This document shows, in pieces, positions 1 to 8,300 of a DNA stretch of 32,000 bases; position 1 is the stretch's first letter; every line of letters begins with the position of its first letter. Both the position numbers and the translations under genes were made by a program. The DNA comes from Massilicoli timonensis. GTDB lineage: Bacteria > Bacillota_I > Bacilli_A > Erysipelotrichales > Erysipelotrichaceae. The notes under the pieces are model-generated. The model did no database searches, had not been told where the DNA came from, and saw only the letters and a list, made by a program, of their open reading frames with translations. The stretch lies in assembly GCF_900199515.1 (NCBI RefSeq), contig NZ_LT963434.1:543272-575271 (forward strand), written 5' to 3'.

Positions 1-467
1 TCATCTGTCTTTAAGATATGGCTTGGATCGACCCCGCATTCCTTCGTCCATACATCATAAGCAACCTGATCGTCCGTATAAACGGAAATATACAGTTTTT
101 CCTTAGGGATCGCCATCCACTGTTCATCGGTCAGAAACTCCCATGCGAAATGGATCGCTTCCGGCTTAAAATAATCGCCGATGGAAAAATTACCGAGCAT
201 TTCAAAAAACGTATGATGCCGTGCCGTCTTGCCGACATTTTCAATATCGTTGGTACGGATCGATTTCTGCGCATTGGTGATGCGGTTACATTTTGGCTTC
301 TCGCTGCCGTCAAAATATTTTTTTAATGCCGCAACCCCGGAATTGATCCAAAGCAGTGTAGGATCATTGTGCGGTACTAAGCTCGCTCCCGGTTCCACCA
401 TGTGTCCTTTGGAAGCAAAGTAATCCAAAAACATTTTTCTGATCTGATTTCCTGTTAGCTGTTTCAT
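1..467 (-). CDS. alaS: Alanine--tRNA ligase, N-terminal part (gene runs off the left edge of the window)
   Basis: Minus-strand translation from ATG at 467-465 gives [54 protein letters not shown]...[21 protein letters not shown], the class II AlaRS catalytic core. GGAGG RBS (rc of 474-478) lies 6 nt upstream. A T-box leader is directly upstream. The plus-strand ORF 18..326 is the antisense shadow of this gene. Confidence 0.9.
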   Translation of the reverse strand, partial: MKQLTGNQIRKMFLDYFASKGHMVEPGASLVPHNDPTLLWINSGVAALKKYFDGSEKPKCNRITNAQKSIRTNDIENVGKTARHHTFFEMLGNFSIGDYFKPEAIHFAWEFLTDEQWMAIPKEKLYISVYTDDQVAYDVWTKECGVDPSHILKTD

Positions 468-484
468 CTGTTTCCTCCTGTTTT

Positions 485-712
485 ACAATAAAAAAGATCC
501 GCTCCTCTAGGAACGAATCATCGCGGTACCATCCTAGTTCATATCAGTTTATCTGATATGCCCTCACTTGTCTATAACGCCAGACGTTTGCGCAAAGCTC
601 AAAAAGCAGCTTCCCATCATCGCTCCCAAGAAGTTTTCACCAGCCACTTCCTCTCTGCATGAGCAGTCCGATCACGGTACTTATCCTTTCTCATCGCTTT
701 GTTTGATAACGT
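485..712 (-). promoter_or_regulatory. T-box leader (tRNA-sensing transcription attenuator) of alaS
   Basis: The minus strand reads AGGATGGTACCGCG (rc of about 520-535), close to the conserved T-box core AGGGUGGUACCGCG. It is followed by a U-tract (rc of 490-495) just before the alaS RBS. Upstream are a GCGATGAG K-turn-like start and an AGAGAGG box. A candidate GCU (Ala) specifier sits in GAAGCUG (rc of 608-610). I did not fold the structure fully. Confidence 0.8.
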
Positions 713-716
713 AGAA

Positions 717-745
717 AGCATATCATCTAAGCCGTGAATTGTCAA
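717..745 (-). promoter_or_regulatory. Putative sigma-A promoter for the alaS leader
   Basis: Minus strand: TTGACA (rc 740-745), 17-nt spacer, TATGCT (rc 717-722). Confidence 0.45.
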
Positions 746-771
746 TCAAAAGCAATGAAAAATGCACCTTC
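745..771. repeat. 27-bp direct repeat, copy A (atcaaaagcaatgaaaaatgcaccttc)
   Basis: Matches 1473-1499 at 26 of 27 positions. The two copies bracket the GNAT gene and its promoter region. Confidence 0.8.
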
Positions 772-829
772 TTAGCTAATTGATTTTTTCATACTATTTT
801 GTTCTGCACCACCTACATACTAGGCTTAG

Positions 830-1390
830 TTATTCTGCTTTTTTCAATTCCTTCCATTCACTTTCTAAAATCGACATTAAAATATCATCTGCATACTTCT
901 CTCCATCTAAAACGGCATCTCTTAAAACACCTTCTCGCTGAAACCCTGCTTTTAAGTATACTTTTTCAGCTCTGGCATTAAATGAATATACATCTAATTC
1001 TAAACGATGTAGTTTTAACACTTCAAAAGCAAAATCGCGTGTAATTTCCGTTGCCCATGTACCAATACCTTTTCCCCTTTCCGTTTGACGATAAAGACCA
1101 ATACGAAAATTAGCACACTTCAAATCCCAATCAATTTCATTGATTACGCTTTCTCCTATGATTTCTCCATTAGGTGCTATAATCAAAAAGAAATACCGAT
1201 CATCTTCCTCAAGCGATTTCATGAAAAAGGATATGACTTCTTCCTTTGAAAACGCTTCTTTGCAGCCAGTCAGTCGTGCCACTTCCTTGTCTAAAGGACA
1301 ATAATTCTGTTCGTAATAATCAATCGCATCTTCTGCTTTAGCTAGACGAATTACAAATCCGTCTTTCTTACCGATAACGTCTATATTCAT
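830..1390 (-). CDS. GNAT-family N-acetyltransferase (RimJ/RimL-like)
   Basis: Trimmed from ORF 830..1534 to the ATG at 1390, which has the RBS GGAAAGGAAAA upstream. The product MNIDVIGKKDGFVIRLAKAEDAIDYY...RGKGIGTWATEITRDFAFEVLKLHRLELDVYSFNARAEKVYLKAGFQREG carries the acetyl-CoA-binding R/Q-x-x-G-x-G/A motif and the typical GNAT C-terminus. Confidence 0.85.
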   Translation of the reverse strand: MNIDVIGKKDGFVIRLAKAEDAIDYYEQNYCPLDKEVARLTGCKEAFSKEEVISFFMKSLEEDDRYFFLIIAPNGEIIGESVINEIDWDLKCANFRIGLYRQTERGKGIGTWATEITRDFAFEVLKLHRLELDVYSFNARAEKVYLKAGFQREGVLRDAVLDGEKYADDILMSILESEWKELKKAE

Positions 1391-1472
1391 ATATTTTTTC
1401 CTTTCCGACTTTTCATTCTTCCTTATTGTAGCAATCAAAAGGAATAAGCACAAGTGTGTTTCTGCAAGGATC

Positions 1473-1499
1473 ATCAAAAGCGATGAAAAATGCACCTTC
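1473..1499. repeat. 27-bp direct repeat, copy B (atcaaaagcgatgaaaaatgcaccttc)
   Basis: Matches 745-771 with one mismatch. A further 10-mer caatcaaaag at 1432-1441 equals 743-752. Confidence 0.8.
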
Positions 1500-1504
1500 C
1501 GCAT

Positions 1505-1545
1505 AAAAAGAAAAGAAGCGCAAGAGTTACCCAAACGCTTCTTTA
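1505..1545 (-). terminator. Rho-independent terminator after nifJ
   Basis: Stem gaagcg (1515-1520) pairs with cgcttc (1536-1541). The minus-strand transcript has a U-rich run after the stem (rc of aaaaagaaaa at 1505-1514). Confidence 0.6.
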
Positions 1546-1551
1546 TCCTAT

Positions 1552-4500
1552 TTACTGATTCTGTGCTAAATGTACCAGACGTTTATGACGTTTCTGTGCA
1601 TCCTGTTTTGTCTTTTCAAACAATTCGTATGCTTTTTCACCTTTCAGCTTCGGTAACTGTGCGTACCGTGTTTCGCTCATGATGAAGTCATTGAACTTGT
1701 CATAATCCGGTTCTTTAGAATCGATCGTCAAAGGCTGTTCTTTTCTTGGATCGAAACGGTACAGATCTACATATCCGCATTCTACCGCTTTGGCCTGTGT
1801 TCTTTGATGGTTTGCCAAGCCGCCCTTGATACCGTGTTCTGCACAAGGCGAGTAAGCGATGATCAAAGATGGTCCATCATAGCTTTCCGCTTCTTTTAAT
1901 GCCTTTAAGGTCTGCGCCTTGTTGGCACCCATGGAGATCTGTGCGACATAGACATGTCCATAAGCCATTGCGATCTGTCCCAGATCTTTCTTCGCTGTCG
2001 CTTTACCGCCAGCCGCAAACTTCGCGATCGAAGATGCCTGAGAGGATTTAGAGGACTGACCGCCGGTGTTAGAGTACACTTCGGTATCCAATACCAATAC
2101 ATTGACATTCAGGTTGTTGGCGATCACATGATCCAAACCGCCGTATCCGATGTCATAAGCCCAGCCATCGCCGCCGACGATCCAGATGGATTTCGATACC
2201 AGATCTTCATCCACTAATGCCTTTACCGCTTCAATATCAGATTTTGCGGCCAGCTCTTTGATGGTCGGTGCTACGGCGCGCTGTGCATCACGGTCGTTGT
2301 GCGCCGCAATATATGCTTCAAACGCTTCTTTCAATGCCGGTTCCACATTGTCCATGTTGTTTTCCATCGTTTCCAAGATACGTCCTTCTTTATAGGTCTG
2401 TGCCAAAGCCATACCATAACCGAATTCCGCATTGTCTTCAAACAGCGAGTTCGCCCATGCCACACCTTCGCCGTTTTTGTCATTGACAAACGGTGTAGAA
2501 GGAGTTGAAGAACAGTAGATCATCGAACATCCTGTCGCATTGGCAACCAACATATCGCGTCCGAATAACTGTGATACCAGTTTGTAGTACGGTGTTTCAC
2601 CACATCCCGGACATGCCCCGGATACTTCAAAGTAAGGCATTGCGAACTGAGAACCTTTTACCGTATCTACCGGGAAGTAGTCGGTCTTGTATTCCGTATG
2701 CTTGAACAGGTAGTCTGCTAACGGCTCCTGATCCAGTTTTTCATTGATATCTACCATTTCCAGCGCTTTATTGCCGGCTTTGCCCGGACATTCCACAACG
2801 CAGAGGCCGCATCCGACACAGTTTGCCGGAGATACCTGGATCCGATATTTCATGTTTTCAACGCCTTTGCCCATTGCCGGCAGCGACTTGAATTCCATCG
2901 GCGCATTTGCCACTTCTTCATCCGTTAATAAGAATGGACGAATCGTTGCATGCGGACATACGAAGGAACAGATGCCGCACTGGATACAGTTTTCCGGATG
3001 CCATGTCGGTACCTGTACCGCAATGGTACGTTTTTCTTCAAATGCGACATTGTTGCGGATACTGCCGTCCAGCAGATTGTATTTCGTGAAAGCGCTGACT
3101 GGCATGTCATAGCCTTCCAAACCGTTGATTACCGCAACATGATTATCAAAATATTCATCGCCGGTCAATTTGCGGCTTGCATCATAAGGAAGATCTGCCC
3201 AAGACGGATCTACGCTTACTTCCACCATGCCGTCTTTTCCGGCATCGATCGCTTTGTAGTTCAGCTGCACGATCGCATCGCCTTTTTTGCTGTAAGATTT
3301 TTTCGCAAACTGCTTCATCAGATCAAGCGACTGTTCTAACGGCATGATCTGTTCGTTCAATGCGAAGAAAGCAGACTGTAAGATCGTGTTCGTACGGCGT
3401 CCCATACCGATTTCCGCAGCGATCTGCGTCGCATTGATGATGTAGAATTTTGCGTGTTTTTTCGCCAACTGCGCTTTCATGCGGTTTGGCATATGTTCTA
3501 CGATCTCGTCTTTGGAGAAAGTCGTATTCAACAGGAACGTACCGCCGTCCTTCAGATTTCTTACCATGTCATATTTGAACATGTAAGCATCTAATGAACA
3601 GGAGATGAAGTCCGCATTGTTGATATAGTAAGTAGAATGGATCGGTGAATGTCCGAAACGCAGATGTGAACGCGTAACGCCGCCGGCTTTCTTAGAGTCA
3701 TATGCAAAGTAAGCCTGTGCATACTGATCCGTATTATCACCGATGATCTTGATCGTCGATTTATTGGCAGAAACCGTACCGTCAGATCCAAGACCCCAGA
3801 ACAGACAAGAAGTATAGTCTCCGGTTACGTTAAACGTTTCATCATACGGCAATGATAAATGCGTTACATCGTCATTGATACCGATGGTAAAGCCATTGAT
3901 CAGTTCTGCTTCTTTCAGATGATCGAATACCGCTTTGATGTGGTAAGGCTGTGTATCTTTTGAACCTAAACCATAACGCCCGCCGATGATGCGCAGATCT
4001 TTGCGATCTTTTAATGCCGCCAGTACATCCAAGTACAGCGGTTCGCCGGTTGCGCCGGTTTCTTTGGTGCGGTCCAGTACAGCGATGTGTTTTACGCTGG
4101 ATGGCAGTACGTCCAACAGATATTTCACTGAGAACGGACGATACAGATGCACTTTGATCATACCGACTTTTTCGCCGTTTGCCATTAACGCGTCGATCGT
4201 TTCTTTCGCAGCTTCGGTTACCGAACCCATCGCGATGATGATGCGTTCTGCATCTTCTGCACCATAATAAGTGAACGGTGCATAATGACGACCGGTGATT
4301 TCGGAAATCTGTTTCATGTAATCCGCAACGATATCCGGCACTTTCGCAAAGTGTTCATTGCGGGCTTCTACCCCCTGGAAGAAGATATCATCGTTTTCCG
4401 CACCGCCGCGGGTTACCGGATTGGTATGCGGGTTCAATGCGCGTTTGCGATAAGCCGCAAGCGCTTCTTTATCCACCATGTCTTTGAATACATCGGTATC

Positions 4501-5058
4501 CATCACTTCGATTTTCTGGATCTCGTGAGAAGTACGGAATCCATCAAAGAAATGCATGAACGGAACGCTTGCCTTGATTGCGGACAAATGGGCAACGCCT
4601 GCCAAGTCCATCGCTTCCTGTACGGAATGAGAACAAAGCATGCAGATACCGGTCTGACGGCAAGCATAGATATCTTCGTGATCGCCGAAGATATTTAAGG
4701 CGCGGCTCGCCAGTGCACGAGCGGATACATGCAGTACGCCCGGCAACAATTCCCCTACCATTTTATAGATGTTTGGAATCATCAGCAGCAGACCCTGAGA
4801 CGCGGTAAACGTAGTCGACAACGTGCCTGCCTGCAAAGCGCCATGTACCGCACCGGCAGCACCGCCTTCAGATTGTAATTCCGCAACCTTGACAATGCTT
4901 CCGAAGATGTTTTTACGGCCCTGAGAAGCCCAAACATCTACCACTTCCGCCATCGGTGAGGACGGAGTGATCGGATAGATCGCGCTTAGTTCGGTAAACG
5001 CATAGGCACAATGTGCTGTTGCGGTATTACCGTCCATTGACATAAACTGTTTTGTCAT
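1552..5058 (-). CDS. nifJ: Pyruvate:ferredoxin (flavodoxin) oxidoreductase, single-chain PFOR
   Basis: Trimmed from ORF 1552..5106 to the ATG at 5058, which follows the RBS AAGGAGGAATTAAG. The product has two 4Fe-4S ferredoxin motifs (CIQCGICSFVCPH, CVGCGLCVVECP) and a TPP motif (GGDGWAYDIGYGGLDH). Its length of about 1168 aa is typical of NifJ/PFOR. Confidence 0.95.
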   Translation of the reverse strand: MTKQFMSMDGNTATAHCAYAFTELSAIYPITPSSPMAEVVDVWASQGRKNIFGSIVKVAELQSEGGAAGAVHGALQAGTLSTTFTASQGLLLMIPNIYKMVGELLPGVLHVSARALASRALNIFGDHEDIYACRQTGICMLCSHSVQEAMDLAGVAHLSAIKASVPFMHFFDGFRTSHEIQKIEVMDTDVFKDMVDKEALAAYRKRALNPHTNPVTRGGAENDDIFFQGVEARNEHFAKVPDIVADYMKQISEITGRHYAPFTYYGAEDAERIIIAMGSVTEAAKETIDALMANGEKVGMIKVHLYRPFSVKYLLDVLPSSVKHIAVLDRTKETGATGEPLYLDVLAALKDRKDLRIIGGRYGLGSKDTQPYHIKAVFDHLKEAELINGFTIGINDDVTHLSLPYDETFNVTGDYTSCLFWGLGSDGTVSANKSTIKIIGDNTDQYAQAYFAYDSKKAGGVTRSHLRFGHSPIHSTYYINNADFISCSLDAYMFKYDMVRNLKDGGTFLLNTTFSKDEIVEHMPNRMKAQLAKKHAKFYIINATQIAAEIGMGRRTNTILQSAFFALNEQIMPLEQSLDLMKQFAKKSYSKKGDAIVQLNYKAIDAGKDGMVEVSVDPSWADLPYDASRKLTGDEYFDNHVAVINGLEGYDMPVSAFTKYNLLDGSIRNNVAFEEKRTIAVQVPTWHPENCIQCGICSFVCPHATIRPFLLTDEEVANAPMEFKSLPAMGKGVENMKYRIQVSPANCVGCGLCVVECPGKAGNKALEMVDINEKLDQEPLADYLFKHTEYKTDYFPVDTVKGSQFAMPYFEVSGACPGCGETPYYKLVSQLFGRDMLVANATGCSMIYCSSTPSTPFVNDKNGEGVAWANSLFEDNAEFGYGMALAQTYKEGRILETMENNMDNVEPALKEAFEAYIAAHNDRDAQRAVAPTIKELAAKSDIEAVKALVDEDLVSKSIWIVGGDGWAYDIGYGGLDHVIANNLNVNVLVLDTEVYSNTGGQSSKSSQASSIAKFAAGGKATAKKDLGQIAMAYGHVYVAQISMGANKAQTLKALKEAESYDGPSLIIAYSPCAEHGIKGGLANHQRTQAKAVECGYVDLYRFDPRKEQPLTIDSKEPDYDKFNDFIMSETRYAQLPKLKGEKAYELFEKTKQDAQKRHKRLVHLAQNQ

Positions 5059-5089
5059 CTTAATTCCTCCTTGAATAATGTCCTTATTT

Positions 5090-5118
5090 ATTATAAAACT
5101 TTTCACTTCGTTTGTAAA
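5090..5118 (-). promoter_or_regulatory. Putative sigma-A promoter of nifJ
   Basis: Minus strand: TTTACA (rc 5113-5118), 17-nt spacer, TATAAT (rc 5090-5095). This is about 30 nt upstream of the ATG. Confidence 0.6.
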
Positions 5119-5300
5119 AGGAAAATCCGATGATTTTACGAGTTTTTGTCTGAAATCTCATCAAGCCTCTGAAAACTTGTGAATTTTTGCACGATTTTCT
5201 ATGTCCTTTGCCAGCGTCATCCTATTAGAAGTGCACCTATATGGTAAATCAAGCACCGTGCTCTTACTTCCTCATACAGTATCAGCAGGCATGCAAACCG

Positions 5301-5334
5301 ATCAAAAGCAAAGCACAGTCTTTTAGACCGTGCC
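5301..5334 (-). terminator. Rho-independent terminator after the giant repeat-protein gene
   Basis: Stem gcacagtc (5313-5320) pairs with gaccgtgc (5326-5333), with one G-U pair. On the minus strand it is followed by UUUGCUUUUG. It lies 30 nt downstream of the stop at 5365. Confidence 0.5.
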
Positions 5335-5364
5335 TGCTTTCTGCTTGTCGATGTTGTTTATCGC

Positions 5365-8300
5365 TTATTCCAATACCATTTTTACGGTCGTGGCATTGAC
5401 GCTGCTTTCCCGGTTGATGATGCCGACCAGGTAGCGGCTGTCAGAGACGATGGTAAATTCACATACCGGAAGTGGATTGCCGCCGTTTAAGGAATAGCGT
5501 ACGATCGGATAACGTCCGCTGATCTCCTCTACTTTATAATCGCCCTGCGGCAGATCCTGTAGCGTATAGTCCCAGTTATTGGAAGCATCTAAGATCACAT
5601 CCGTTTCATAGGCGCCGCTGATCCGCACCGTAAAAACTTCCTCAGGCTGCGGCTTTACATAATCGTCGCCGCGGCGGATAAACTTCAGCAGCTGGATCGA
5701 ACTTTGCGAACTGCCGCGTTCGTTTAAGATCCGCACCGTGTGCGCGCTGTTATTGATGACAAAGCGGGCATTGTCGCCGGCGGCGCCGCTGTCCACCACA
5801 TAGCGTACCGTGTCAGACGCAGATCCGCTTTCCACCACATCATAGATGCCGGCCGGCAAATGATCGATCGTTTCCGTGAACAGATTGTCAGCGTTGAGCG
5901 TATAGATCTGATAAAAGTTTTCCGATGACAACGTCACTTCAAAGCTGTCAGTGGCACTTGGCCGAGTATAAGTGCCGTCTGCCGCTTTCACATACTTGCT
6001 GATCAGCAGACTGCCGCCGCCGCTTTGCTCATTGTTGATGATCTGGACATTGTGATTATCCCCTTGAATGGTTACGTTCGCATAGCCGACCTCACTTTGT
6101 CCATCGACGATATAGGTCGTATCATAACCGCCGCTTACTTCATTTATGACATACTGCCCATCTGGCAGCGTCAGATCCAAGGCAAAATAATTATTCGCAT
6201 TCAGATCATAGAACTCATTAAAGCCGGACGCGCTGATATGCACACGGAAGCTTTGCTCATCAGAAGGCGTGCGAATATCGCCGGCAGCGCTTCTGATCGT
6301 CTTGCTGATATGCAGATTGGTGCTTCGCTGCGTGTTGATGATCTGCACATCATGGACTTGCGCGTCGATCGTTACATTGGCATAGCTCACTTCACTTTGT
6401 CCATCGATCACATACGTAGTCTCATAGCGATCATCGTTTTCACGAATATGATACGTTCCCGGCTCTAACTGCAGCTGTAAACGCCACTGATTCGCTTCAT
6501 TTAAGACAAAGTATTCATTGTAGCCCGCCTTGGAAATGTGGATCTCAAAGCTTTGATCGCTTTGCGGTGAAACGAGCACGCCTTGCGGCGAACGCATCAC
6601 TTTTTCCAGCCGCAAATTGCCAAATGCCGGCATGGCGTTGATCACAAGTACCGTATGGGCATCGCCGTTTACCTGCACATTGGCAAAATCCACCTCATAC
6701 CCGCCGTCAATGATAAAGCTGGCTTCTTCTCCCTGTTCGCTGATCACATACGTGCGCGGCTCCAGATTGTTCAAAACCATCCGGAAACGATTGCTTTGAT
6801 CAAGCGTTACCGTTTCCTGAAAGCGCGGCGCGCTGATCAGAAAGTCATATGATGCAGACATCGGCGGATCTTGTAAAACACCGTTTTCATCACGCACCTT
6901 TTTGCTTAAAGCGATACTGCCGGTGGCAGTGCGCCTTTCGGTATTGATGATCTGCAAGTAGTGCACATCATCCTGGATCTGCACATTGCCAAAGCTCGTC
7001 TCTCCCTGACCATCTAAAATATAAGTGGTGTCATAAGCGCCGCCGATCTCATTTACCACATATAAACCATTATCCAGCGACAGCTCCAAGATCCAGTTAT
7101 TGGCTTCATTCAGTTCATAAAATTCACTAAATCCGGAACGGGTGATATGAACGGTAAAACGCTGATCCGTTTGCGGCCGCGCTAACGTACCATCCAGACG
7201 GCGCATGACCTTATCGATGCGTAGCTGTCCGCCGCTGCGGGATTCATTGATCGCAATGACCTGATGCTTGTCACTTTGTACGCTGATCTGGGCGATGCTG
7301 CCCACATCTTCCCCATCGATCAGATACGTAACGCGTCCCCCTTGCGCTTCCCGTATCGTGTAAACACCGGCCGGCAGATCTTCCAATACGCTTTGGAACG
7401 CATTGCTTCGATCCAAGATCACTTCTTCCCGATACTGATCGCCCTCTACCATAAACACGAAACGATCGCGGCGCGTCGGTTCAATGAGCGTATTCCCCGC
7501 TCCACGCAAGCGCTTGGTCAAGGTGATGCTGCCGCTTTGGGCGATCGGCGTATTGATGATCTGCACCTGATGATGACCATCCCCCAAACGCACATGACCG
7601 TTTTCCTGATACACGCCGTCTACCAGATACGTGGTCAAATAACGATCACTGCCCGTTTCACTGATCAAATAATCACCGCTGCGCAGATCATGCAGCGTTT
7701 CGCTCCAATGATTGCTGGAGGAAAGGATCAGCGTCTTGCGCATCTCACCGCTGACCTCTACCTGAAATACCTCCTGCTCCTGTGGCTTGATCAAACAGCC
7801 GCATGCTTCATCTTTGATGAATTTGCTGATCTGCAGCGAACTGCCTTTCATCTTGCTGTAAATGATCTCTACCGAAATATCCTCATCACGCATGCAGATG
7901 AACGCATAAGAGCGAAGCTTGCCCCCGTCGATACGATAGTTCCGTTTTTCATACTGCTCTAGTGACTGCGCACTTACTTCATAACGGCCTTTCTCTAAAG
8001 CGACGCTTTGGGCAAAGCCTTCCATCGCTTTTAAGGTTATCGTCTTAGAAGTGCCGATGCCTTCGATCTGTACCTCGATCTTTGAAACATCCAAGGCACT
8101 CTCATTGCCTTCTTCATCTATTGCAAAGGCCCGCAAATGCAAATTGCCTACCTCTTTCGGCCGTTCATTTAATGCCACCAAAGAAGAATTGCCTTTTAAG
8201 TGGAATGCTCCCTTGGCTAACTGCTGTCCGTTGAGATAATACGTTACCTGCATCGGATCAGCATTTTCTTCTTTGATCTGATATTCCCCTTTCGGTAAAC

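Noticed and set aside
18-423. Plus-strand ORFs 18..326 and 229..423, and minus-strand ORF 131..313
   Set aside because: All three overlap the clearly recognisable minus-strand AlaRS reading frame (1-467). They have no RBS and no recognisable motifs, so they are shadow ORFs.
1391-1534. N-terminal extensions in the ORF track (830..1534, 1552..5106, 11849..12721, 15121..16278, 18443..20122, 26692..27924)
   Set aside because: In each case an internal ATG has a proper GGAGG-type RBS and begins the conserved family N-terminus. The upstream extension runs through promoter or terminator sequence and encodes hydrophobic nonsense. Starts were trimmed accordingly.
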